From contig CM052816.1 of the NCBI GenBank assembly GCA_028534125.1, positions 68,264,001-68,324,000 of the forward strand: a stretch of 60,000 bases of DNA. The letters are read 5' to 3'. The notes beneath the pieces are model-generated. The model saw only the letters and a program-made list of their open reading frames with translations, was not told the origin of the DNA and made no database searches. Positions 28,801 to 40,255 of this stretch are shown here, in pieces. How positions within the stretch are numbered: position 1 is the stretch's first letter; each line of letters opens with the position of its first letter. Both the position numbers and the translations under genes were made by a program. Origin of the DNA: Lama glama. Taxonomy: Eukaryota.

Positions 28801-31800
28801 TAGGGCTTAAATAAAGAAGACTTTTACAGCTGGAGAGTACATGATGCAAGAGAGAGAAATAAAAACCGGGAGAATAGAAACAGCCATCCAAACTTGCAGC
28901 AAAGAAGAGAGCAAGAAAGAAAAGGAGAAGCTGGTGGAGGTCAGTAGGGGACCTTGAACATGTTAGAAGATGGCATTTATAGCTGAAGTCACAGAAAAAG
29001 AACAAACAGTACAGCTAATGTCCTCTTGCATCCTCTTTTCAGACCAGGTCTAAGTGCTTCCCATTCACGATAAACAGCAAATATACATATTCCTCAGACA
29101 TTTACCATGTGCAGCCACTGCTCTAAGTTCAGTGCGTACTTACAGGAGTCATCTTGTTTAACCCTCACAACAGCCCTAAGAGGTAAGTACCATTATTATG
29201 CCCATTTCACAAAGAAGGTCACACAGTTACAAGTGGCAGGGCCAGGATTCCAGTCCAGTCTGGCTATAGAAACTGTCCTCCTAGTCTCTGCACACACACT
29301 TCCTGCAGAGAGATGTGTGGGCTGCTGCTGAGACTGCCTGGGCTCACCAGGACCAAGGTCCCCTCTTCCTCCTGGGTACGTGGCGCAATGACATCTCCCA
29401 GCTCCTTACAGTGGGGCAAGGCAGGGGCTGATTCTGAAAGTGAGCGGCTTTGATGTACCCGACTTCCCTGAGAACTCTCACAGGGTTGTTTCCTCTCACT
29501 TCGTTAGGAGTAAGATGTAGAGGACTCAGTATAAATCCTGAGGCCTGGAAGATGATGGAACCACCAACTTGAAGCAGTCTGAGTCCAATTACCAAAGACT
29601 CAATTGGACTTTAATGTTTTAAAGAAATAGCCTTTCTAGTCTTAAATTCCTGAGATTTACGAGTTATTTTTACAATAGTTATGACTTAACCTGATTAATA
29701 CAATGGCTGAAGTCAATGGTTATTCTTTTCTTTTTTTAGCATCTGTTGAATTTATTCAGCACAGAGATATTGTCTTCATGCTATGACACAGACACAAACA
29801 CAGATAGAGCACAATATCCATATTGAGCCCAAGCGTATTCCTTCCGAGGCTCATTTATATCTCTTCACATGCCACAGCCTGTCATTTAAACAGGGGATAT
29901 TTTCAATGCCAGTTTCTTTGTTAATTTTCTCAATATCTTCTGCAGACATCTTCATGACTCCAACACACGCTGTTTTCCTTCTGCCGTGATTGCAACGATC
30001 GTATCTACTGCAGCAGAGTAAAGTTTAGCTCCAAGAGAGGTTACGCCTGGATGTATGAAATTTGCTCCAGTGAGTACAAATCTGATGGCTCCTTTATCAA
30101 CCTGCTGTTGTGACAAGATAAAAGGATATTTGTGAAGTAATCTTAGGGTTGGATAAAAAGGCCCTTCTCTTTGAAAAATAGTAACTCTCCATTTACTGTA
30201 AGGATTTCTGTATGTTCATGGCATTTAAAATAGGATCTTTTTAAAGCATGATTTGATTAAGCCATGGTTCAATACCTGGAAATTGCTCTATCAATTGGTT
30301 CTTAATATCCTTTATAACTGAGGTTTTCAACTGAATGCAGTTGGACACATTTTATTTTTCATCAAATTTCTTGAACATGATCGAAGGTGAAGGGGGCGAC
30401 GTTATGGAAGGGCCCGGGATGGGGGAAAATTGAGCTAGCAAGGGTCCGGCAGATCCCCTTACACAAGGAAGGCCGGCACTGACCATCAGAGCAGTTGTCG
30501 TTCTCTAGAAAAATAGCAATAGTTATTCTATTAAAAGGCGATTTTTATCAGTTTCCTTTAAAGCAAACAGGTAGTAATAAGTTAAAAATGGGAGATAATT
30601 AAAATACCAATGAGAATAAACTGATGGGCAGTCATTCAGTTGCTTCAGTCATTTAATTGTATCATGTTCTAAGGGCAGGAAGCTTTTTGCTGTTAAGATC
30701 TCTTTTTTCCTGGAAAAGTTCCTTGTCATCTGTAGCAATAAAGGAATATGTTAGCAAAACAACAGAGTGGTTATTGGCTTTGCTTGTAGAATTCTGCAGA
30801 ATTCTTGGTGACTGGCAACCTAGGCAGTGGGAACCTGTGTGCTCTTGCAGGCCACAGAGGCTGATTAGCCCAGAGCTCGTGCAAGTCAAGTCTCCTAGTA
30901 GAGTCAACCTGAAACTGTGCTGGGGGTCCCCAAAGCCGAATCAGAGATCTTTGTGTTCAGGCCTCCTGTTCCTTCAATTTCCATGGACATTGAGATGCTG
31001 GACTCCTGGTTCCATCAATGCATACTGCCCAAGAGATTTCTCCAGGAAATTTACACATACTCCTTACTGCTCTCATTGCTTATCTGAATATGCAAGGCCC
31101 TGACACATGCACAGCTCCAGACAATGGCCTCTCTGCTCTGAGATTTTAACCACTCAGTCACTGCTGCTGTGTCTAGACCACTGGAAGCCTAAGAAGAGAA
31201 TGGGAGTGTTATTGGCATCTTGTGGCTCTATCAACCATGGAATGTTTGCGAGCTGCAGTAGGAAGACTGACATCCTGGAACCTACAAGCCTAAACCCCTG
31301 TAGAGGATGGAACCAAGCATTCTCTGAAGGTGAATAGAAATGATCTTGTCTAAAACAAGGGCAATTTTAGGACTCTCTGTCTTTGGCCTCCCAGGCTTGG
31401 CTCTTGGTCAAGTACTGCAACTATTTAGGCTGGCAGATCCCCAGTGGAATTTTTTTTAAAAAAGCAATCAGCCTTTTGTTCTTTGCAGAAGCAATGAACC
31501 AACTTGTATCCTGAGTGCCTTCCAAACACCAGAGGTTATTTCACTCTGCTTTACAATGGTCTAATGCTTATCCCTAAGAGAAAAGTGCTAATTTATTTCA
31601 ATATCTTCTGTGAGTAGCTGTCAATACCGTAAAATCATCAAGCACTTTGAAACTGAAAGAGATCCTAATGAAACTTAATTTTCCTCATTTATGAACCGAG
31701 TGGTTTTAGACTAGAACATCTCTAAATAGCCTTCCAACAGTAAGTCTATGACTATATATACAATAGGTGTGTATGTATATATGCACATACACATGAAAAG

Positions 31801-32431
31801 AGGCCATAAAGTAGCAAGATGAAATTTTTTATCGCAAACATTCCAAAATGTATATGTAAACTAATTTTTGAAGAAGTCTCAGCAGAGTATGAACATAAAA
31901 GCGATTTTAATCTTGCCCACCATGCCACAGTAAACAAAAACCATTTTTTCAGGTCCCAGATAAAATCTCAAGCAGGCCCATAGCTTTTCCAGGCCCAAGA
32001 ACAGTCTGTCATTTTAAAAATTAGAACAGTTTAATATCAAAACTCCAACCTAATTCTTAACTAAACATCTAAATCAAGTTGGCTTCGGGCTTGAAAGCCT
32101 GCAGCAGAGAACTGGGTGTCATTGGCTTCTTTTCTTCTCTCCTCCTTTATCCACCTCTTCTCCAACTTCTTAGGAGATGTTTTAGACCTCACAGGTCAGA
32201 CCCAGGGAGAGAATGGGTGAGGTCTTGCAAGGCTGATAGATTCACTCTGGCCCCTGCCTCCTGAGTGCTAGCTGTGGCATAGCTGCCTCTTTCCCTAGTT
32301 GAACTTCTTAGAGTTTATCTCATTCAATTGCCCTTGCTTATGTCTCCCCACCTGCCCCAGGATTCTGGCTGCCCACCTTTCTGTAGGGGTCCCTTCTCTA
32401 CTCTAGGAAGTTCTCCTGGGCAAGGTCCATT

Positions 32432-33009
32432 TGTCTTAGTCCAGTCAGGCTGCTGTAACAAAATACCACAGATTAGGTGGCTTGTAAACAACGGAAATTT
32501 ATTTCTCAAAGTTCTAGAGGCTTGAAACCTGAAATCAGGGTGCCAGCATGGTTGGATAAGGGCCCTATGCTGTGTTGCAGACTGCTGACCTCTCACTGTG
32601 TCCCCACATGGTGGGAGGGGCTAGGGAGCTCTTTGTTTTACCAGAGCACTAACCTCATTCACGAGGGCTTCATGTGCTTCACTCTCCTGACCTTATCACC
32701 TCCTAAAGGCCCCACCTACTAATATCATCACCCTTGATAAGGTTGTGAGGGTAAAGCCTTCATGAATGGGATTGGTGCCCTTGTAAAAGAGACTCCAGAG
32801 ACCTCTGTTTCTCCAGCCACCATGTGAGGACACAGGGAGAAGATAGCCGTCTATGATCCAGAAAAAGTAAGCCCTGGCCAGACACCAGAACTATTGGCAC
32901 CTTGATTTTGAACTTCACAGCCTAAGAACTAGAGAAATAAATTTCTGTTGTTATAAGCCACCCACCCAATCTATGGTACTTTTCATAGCAACCCAAATGG
33001 ACCAAGACA
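32432..33009. mobile_element. Two 5'-truncated MLT1 (MaLR) LTRs joined in opposite orientation
   Basis: The left part starts tgtcttagtcc...gaaatttatttctc (antisense); the right part ends gagaaataaatttctgttg...ggaccaagaca (sense). Junction at ~32735. Confidence 0.8.
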
Positions 33010-35195
33010 ACACCTTTTCTCCCCAGTCTGAATGGTGGTTTAAGGAAGCATTAAGTGGTGCAATTTCTTCTCTATGAAGATGAAATTGGAATAACATAAT
33101 CCAGGAATGCCTGGCTGTTCCTATAAGGGCTTTGCAAACTGTTCCATGACAAATGCTGGTAAAGACTCCTGAGATGGCAACTACAAGTTCAGGTATGTAA
33201 GATACACTATTTTTTTCTCAGCCTCGCTAGATATGCTCAAAATCTCAGACATGTAAACTATCTGTTTGCTCCAGGAAACCATTAAAAATTCCACTAACTC
33301 ATAAATAATGACTTCATCGTGTCCCACAATGACCTCCTTTCTCCCCAGTGCGTATTAGCAATTGCATTCCTACAAGCAAACTAAAACATGGCTTATTAGC
33401 TTATTATTCATTTAATTATCAGAGATGAGAAATGTGTTCCAGCTCAACAAGTTTAAAAACAATCTTTAAACAAGCACATTTTTAAACAGTGATGATTTGA
33501 CATGATATTCTGAGGCATCTAATGAATGGCTATATGCATATGGTCAAAATATATCATAGATAACCAGGAAATCTATCATTCTGAGGTCAGAGTTGCTTAA
33601 AGTTAGTGATTAGTCCTTGGAGCTTTTATACACCAAACCCTAGAAGAATGATCTCAGTTTTAATCATCGTTGAAAGAAAAGAAAAGAAAAATGAAAGTGA
33701 GTTTATTTAAATGTCATTTCAATGGAAGAATAAGGAAGTGGTTTGGCTTCTTTCCCTACCTCTGGAAAATTACATGACACAGTAAGTACTCAACGAATAT
33801 TATTCTTGATGATGAAAGGACCATGAGGACAATCATTTTAGTGTTCCCAGGACAGACCATATCATTGAAATAACCCTCACCCACAAACACTGGTTAGAAT
33901 CACAGTCATTTATTCAGCAACTGTTTGTGCCAATGTTGTGCAAGGTGTTGGAAATGGTATAGTCAACCAGACGTGTTGCTGCCCTCTTATAACTATATGG
34001 GAAACAAACAGAGACAGGCATTGACAATAGGATGTGGTAAGATGTTTGGTGGAGGTACTCTGTTGGCTCTGGGAGCACCTGAAAATCAGAAAAGGCTTTA
34101 AGGAGGGATTTATATCTCCAACCTGGGAGCTAAGAAATGAGCTGAAGTTAGCCAGGAAGTGGAGAAGGGAAGGAAGTCCCAGGAATGGCACAAAGGCTAG
34201 GAGTTGAGAAGGGGCAGCCAGGATACTGCACACAGTTCAGTGTGATGGGGTCGGGGGAGAGAAGATGAGTCAAGAGACCAGAGAGGCAAGCAAATAACAC
34301 AAGATGGAGGTTTTTGAAGGTCACATGGGGAAATCTGGACTTTGTCCTAAGGATAATGAGGCACCATCAAAGGGATATAAAGTGGGGGAAAGGGGTTGCA
34401 TGCTCTGATGTGAAGGTGTAGAAAGAGCTCTGGCTGCAATGTGAAGAATGGAAGGAAGGAAGGAAGTAAAAAGGGAGTCAGGGAGACTAGTTAGGAGGCT
34501 GCTGCATTATCCAGGTAAGAGATACAGAAACTCAAAGTAACACCGTGGCAATGGAGATAGAAATAAATGGATTTGAAATATTCAGGATGTAAACTTGATG
34601 GGTCTTGGTGATTAACTGGATGTGGGGAATGCAGAAGAAGGAGGAGCCAAGGATGACATATGGTTCTGACTACAACAATTCAAGGGATGATGGTGCCATT
34701 CACTGAAAAAGGGAGGGGGTGGGGAAGGGCTCAGGAGTGGAGATGGTGAGTTCAGGTTAGGAAGTTCCCACTCTAAAATACTGGTAGGATATCCATGTGG
34801 AGATGACAAGCACACTGCTGAATTTTCTATGGATTCTACAATGAACAGATCAACAGAAATGGAACCCACAAAGGAGTCTTAAGTTGTGGTGGAAAAGATA
34901 GGTATCACTAAAGCCAAGGGAAGACAGTTTCAAGAAGACAGTGGTCACTACTGTCAGATGCTGCTTAAAGCTCAAATCAGATAATGCCAAGAAAGCAGCC
35001 TTAAAATTTAGCAACAAGGTTATTAGGGTCTTGGCAGGAGCAGTAGCAGAGGAATGTTGGAACAGAAGCCAGATTTCAAGGAGAGTTTCAGCATGGAGGG
35101 TAAGGAAGTGGTGATGGTGAGTGTAGACACTTGTTTCAATATGTTTGCCTAAAGTCAAAAGACACCAGATAAGGAAGTAGGTGGATGTTTTAAAG

Positions 35196-35756
35196 TGTAA
35201 GTTTCATTATTATTCCAGTAATGTGCGGCCAACAGATCTGGAGATGACTGCCATTGAAAACACAGTTTGTTACTCATAATTTTCATGGAGAAGGGGCACA
35301 CCAGGCCACTCAGGGTCACAGAGGAAAGCATCAGGAGGAAGGAGAGGGGGAAATATGTGCAGGAGATTTGTCTGTGGTTTTCACAGGAAGGCAAGGCAAG
35401 GCAGGGTAGGCAGGCTTAGGATTGGCTAGTTGGAATGATTTCAGCAGGCTCTGCAACCAGGGTCTATCTCTAGCCCTCTGGTATCTGGCCTTGGGGTGAT
35501 TAGGGCAGGAGGATAGTGGGCCAAGTGTAAGAGCCCTGTGAGAGCCCATAAAGGAGGTAGCTGGGTTGTGGGCTCTGAAATTGGAATTTGGTTGATTTGC
35601 CTAGGAAAAATACATTCTCGGGTGAGTTGTGTTACATCTCTAGGAATTAGCTAACCCTGGAAGGAGGAGGGCAGTGAGGGAAGACCCTTCCTGGTCAGTA
35701 AAGCTTCAAATGTCAGAGGATCAATAATACAGAATTATGAAAATATAGTTAATACA
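35196..35756 (-). mobile_element. ERVL solo LTR (MER74-like) inside L2
   Basis: Minus strand begins tgtattaactatattttcataattctgtattattgatcctctgacattt and contains ccagggttagctaattcctagag. TG...CA termini. Confidence 0.65.
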
Positions 35757-35950
35757 TTGGAAAGGAATGTAGAAGCAAGGGAGGGTATTACTTTTAGGAT
35801 GGTTGAAACTTGAGCTTGTTTAAATACTGATGAAAGGTAGCAAGTGAGGCAGCAGGAAAGAGAAGGGACTTACAATGGAGCAAAGTTATCAGACAGCAAG
35901 GGGAATATAGAGCCTTAGAACTGACCTTGACAATGAGCAATCGCTTGAAA

Positions 35951-36484
35951 TGTTGCAGCAAAGTGTTATAGCTCAGTGTTATAGCTCAGTTATGACAGCA
36001 GCCTGGATCTGGCCGAGAGACCAAGCAGCACTCAGAGAGCTGGAGAACTCAGGTTTTGTTACACCAGCGGGCCCAGAAGAGTTAACACTCCAAGCTCTGG
36101 ACCCCGTCTGTAGGTTTACACAGGCTTTTATAGGCTACCAGTCTAGACTTTGCAACATTTTGTAACATCATATGCTAGTAAGTTATAATAAAGGTGACTA
36201 ATTAGGAACAAGCTTTGTAGAAATAGACCAATCAGGAATGAGGGAAATGGACCAACCAGGAGTGAACTCCATGCAAATGAAGTTCTACAAGTGGGCCAAT
36301 CAGGAGTTAGTTCAGGGAACCAATAGAATTTTAGGGGTAAGTTCCACTTTCTTAGAAGTAAGCCGTTTCAAAGGCAAAAACTGAGTTAATGCCTCTGGGC
36401 CAGGGAACCAGATGGTGCTGGCAGGGGAGTAGTGGCCCTGCGTGGGGGGTCCTGCTGGTCTTTTTCATGGGGCTTCCCATGTCA
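35951..36484 (-). mobile_element. Solo ERV LTR, copy 1 of a pair (534 bp)
   Basis: TG...CA termini, TATAAAA on the minus strand at 36132-36126, three CCAAT boxes and octamer ATGCAAAT at 36271-36278. Highly similar to 55692-56187. Confidence 0.9.
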
Positions 36485-36625
36485 CCACTATGATGGGAAA
36501 GGAGGGAAAGGTAGGCATCCCTACAGGTAAGTGTGTGGCAAGAATTTGAGGGAGTTTCTCTCTGGTGGCTATTATTTTCTCTTATAAAATAGAAGAAAAA
36601 TTCCCCAACAGAAGACTGATGAAAT

Positions 36626-36651
36626 ACACACACACACACACACACACACAC
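36626..36651. repeat. (CA)n microsatellite
   Basis: Perfect CA run of about 13 units. Confidence 0.95.
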
Positions 36652-39109
36652 GGAGAGAGAGATGCCAACTTTATGGTGAAATTTTTCTGATAGTGGTTTC
36701 ACTTATAAATATAAAAGACAAAACAAAATGTGTCATTAAGTCATTCTCTTTCTTCCCTTTAACAGGTAGGTCTTAATGCCTAGCCACCATCTGTAGGCCC
36801 AGGAGATGCCTTAGCCAAGCTCCAGTGAGCAGTGTGAGGACCAGCACAGCTATTGAATCCTGGGTGCCAGCTCGGATCTTAGGTGTGATTGCTGTGTGCC
36901 CAGCGAGTCTTCAATCCTTGGAACACTCGGGAAGGACAGAGAAGGGAGGGTTTTCTGAAGTCCAAGAGAATCCTGTGGCCCTAGGAAAGGATTATTGAAG
37001 AAGTGGGGCAGAGGATAAGAAGAAGGAAAAAAAGTACCTAAAGTGAGAAGTACAGAAGTCCAGCAATGGCCAGTGTAATTCACTTAGACAAACAGGTCAC
37101 CTTCCTAAAACCCACAGTGCATGTTATCCAGATGCTAACCGCTCTCTCTTGCCGTCCCCTCCATCCCTCCCTTCCCCTCCGTCTCCCTCTCTGTTTTACA
37201 ACTCTTTAGACCATTTTCTGTATTCATTGGCTTCATATAAAGCACTAATCTGCTTTAAAGCCCAAGTGATGACTTCCTGTTACTTAGTTGGCTTCCAAAT
37301 ATACTCCCAGAAAGCTGAAGCTGTTTCAGACTCCCAGGCCCCACTTCCCACTGTGGCTTCACACAGGAAAGGGAATTTCCACCCCACACAGCTGACACCA
37401 GAAGGCTGGAGGCCCCTCTGCATGCACAGCTGGTCCAGAGCCACCCCTGATGGTGCATTAAGAGGGCACTCATGTAAAAGCAGTGCCCTGGCTTTCCTTG
37501 CTGTTCTTAGAAATCTGCTCTCCAAATCAACCGTAGAACAAAGTGGGGAACAAGTTATTTGCCAAAATGGCCAGGCCTCCTATTGTATCTTAGGGAGGGA
37601 ACAGAGAGGGGGAGGCTACCCCTCCTGCCCTCTGCCCCAACTCTGGGGAGCAAGTTTCTGTTTACCACAAAGAGGGGTGTCCTTGAGAGGTCATCTCATC
37701 TCTCATCAGCCCCTTCCCCCCACACACACTCTATCCTTACACTGTTGGAAAAAAGAGGGGCTCAGACCTGCTTTAGTAAAACTTCCAGAGAAAAAGATTT
37801 CATAAACTTCCGCAGTGACTATTTCAAAACCAAATAACGTTCTGATTTTGCCAGCCACTGAAATGAAAGTAGGGAAAGAGAGTGGAGTGTGTGTGTGTGG
37901 GTGTGTTGTTGGGGGAGGAGAAGCAGGGAGGGGAGCATCATGGCAAAAAGGGAAAACAGGAAACAGAATTATGAAGAGGAAGAGCCAGAAAATGAAAAGG
38001 TTTAACTGACATCCAAGTTGAGAATTTTGTGTAAAGGTATAAAGTCCTCTTTTCTTCCTTTCATTACCTATCCAGCATTTCACCACTTTCAGGAAGAATA
38101 AAATGCGACCTACTCCACCACTAGAAATATAGTTTTTGCAGAGTTTTTTTCCTTGTTAAAAAAATAAACACAGCTAGAAATCCCATGAACCAAAGTAAAC
38201 AGCTAATATTCACATCAGCCTGGCACAGACTGTCCCTTGGGTGTTTTCAGCCCACACCCCCTGCTGCCATGACTCCGCTCCCCAACTTCTCTCTATCAGG
38301 AATCCTCTCTGCGCCTGAATTATATGCTCGATGACTGCCTGTGGCCTTGGGCCGCCACTCTAAACATACAGCTGTTCCGAACCTCCCCCAGGTCCATTCT
38401 CCCCCTGTCCCAGCCGCCCACTCTCTCCCCTCCCTCTGAAATAGAGATCCCACTCTTCCTGGATGATTTGCTGGAGCATCTCGGCCAAGATATTCCCTAC
38501 TGACATTATGGCTGAGACTAAACCCCTCACATTTCTCAGTCAAGTCAATGGAACCGGCTTTCCTTTTTTGCCGGCAGGAGCAGTCAGTGTGAATGATTTT
38601 CTGCCTGGAGCCAGTCCATCTGGGGCCAGAGGGTGGGGGTGGCACTGCTGGACCTTGCATCACTTAGAAAACAGGTTGTTTTTCTAGGATGACCTGAAGA
38701 GATTTATTGACTTCATGAAAGTTGGAGGAGAGAGTTTAACTTCATTCAAAATGGCGGCTGCTGGTTGTTGCTACCGATAATGAGGACTCAGAGCCCTAAG
38801 TTCAAAGACTTTCTCCCCTTCATGTTTCTTGGGCACCAGGCTTCCTGTGGTGGTTGCTGGTGGCTGTAGGGAGAGCTGTGCAGGTCCCTGCTTTATTGGA
38901 AGTCTCACACCGGCTGACAGCAAGGCCAGGAAAGGGACATCCACGCAGAAGATGTGAGAGCCCAGGGTAAGTCTTGAGCCTTAGTGCCCCGAGGATTTGT
39001 GCTTAAGTGATGAAAACAAAGAGGGTAGAACTGGAAGGTCCGTGCTGTGGGGAGATGCCTGCAGTGGTGGCTGTTATTCTCCCTTAGGTCAGCTCACCTC
39101 AGAAATCTG

Positions 39110-39667
39110 GTCAAGTTAATAAACAGCACCACGAAAGTGGGTCTTCCAATTAAATTGGCTGGATTTCTTCAACCAGTCAATAACATGGGAAAGGGGGGTA
39201 GGAACTGTTAACAGTTAAAAGAAATTTAGAGACATAACTGAATGTCTCCAATTGGTTGGTCAGGGACCAGCTGAAGTATAGTCCCTGAGAGGATTCTAGT
39301 TTGAATAAACCATCTGTTAAAAACCTTTTGAGGACAATGGTGATATTTGAGAACTATTGTTCACTTTATTAGGTGTGATTATATGAATATGTGTGATAAT
39401 GGTATTATTGTATATGGTATTATGGTTCTGTCGGAAAACGTCCTTATTTTTAGAGATGTATACGTGAGTAAGGGTAAAATGTTATATCTGAAATTTACTT
39501 TGAAATAGTTGAGCAAACAGAGCAGGTGGAGTACATACGTCAAGATGTAAGCAATTAGTAAATCTAGGTGAATCTGGGTAAATGAGTATTCACTGTATCC
39601 TGTTCCATTTTTCTGTTTATATGAAAATGTATGATTTTAAAAGTGTAAAAACATAAAAAAAAAAAAA
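39110..39667 (+). mobile_element. Old L1 (L1MD/ME-like) 3' end with A tail
   Basis: L1 3'UTR text (ttaggtgtgattat...aaatctaggtga...gagtattcactgtat) ending in an A-run at ~39656-39667. Confidence 0.7.
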
Positions 39668-39676
39668 GCCTAGGAA

Positions 39677-40255
39677 TGTTGCCAGAGACTAGGTTCTTGC
39701 CTCGCCCAGAAAAGAATTCAAGAGCAAGGCATAGTAAGTGAAGGCAAGTTTATTTAGAGAGATACACACTCCATAGAGTGCAGTCTGTCTCACTCAGAAG
39801 GGAGAGTGGCTTAGGAGATACCTACTCTGTAAGCAAAATGTGTACCATCGTAAAAGGTGAGAGGGAGAGAGGCCGAGAGGTGTGGGGGGTGTTTAGTTTA
39901 AAGTAAAAGTAGAAACACACTCTGTAGACAGAGTGGGGGCCATCTCAGAAGGCAAGAGAGTGACCACAAGGTGTGGGACTGTTACTTTTTATGGGCTCCG
40001 TAATTTCCTATGCTAAGGAATTAGTTGGACTATTTGGGGGAAGGCGCGGGGATTTCCAGGAATTGGGCCCCACCTACTTTTTGACCTTTTATGGTCATCC
40101 TATGAACTGCCATGGCACCTGTGGGTGTGCCATGAGGCTCAAGGTCTACTGGAAATCGAATCTTTCACCATCTTGGTTCTAACCAGTTTGTCCTGTCCTT
40201 GATTGCCGTGTCATTCCTTTAGTGATTGTGCCCTGCCCCCTTCCCTCCTGTCTCA
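39677..40255 (-). mobile_element. Solo ERV1-class LTR (579 bp) with a 4-bp TSD
   Basis: tgttgcc...tgtctca termini; GGAA duplicated at 39673-39676 and 40256-40259; AATAAA on the minus strand near 39749-39754. Confidence 0.88.

Larger units (their letters stand above)
33905..36600 (-). mobile_element. LINE-2 3' region, interrupted by two LTR insertions
   Basis: Starts with the antisense L2 tail (catttattcagcaac) followed by purine-rich L2 text (ggagactagttaggaggctgctgcattatccaggtaagaga; ggtgccattcactga). Confidence 0.8.

Noticed and set aside
30390..30480. Small CpG-containing GC-rich patch with a partial CTCF-like motif (gaagggggcg)
   Set aside because: The 5' half of the motif is poor and the patch is too short for a CpG island; it cannot be supported without conservation data.
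35950..36165. Similar peptides (TPAGPEELTLQALDPVCRFTQAFIG) in ORFs at 35950 and 55689, suggesting a duplicated gene
   Set aside because: Both are antisense translations of the same LTR family, not coding sequence.
37149..37805. 218-aa ORF
   Set aside because: Non-ATG start, low-complexity N-terminus and no recognisable domain; consistent with a chance ORF in mammalian intergenic DNA.
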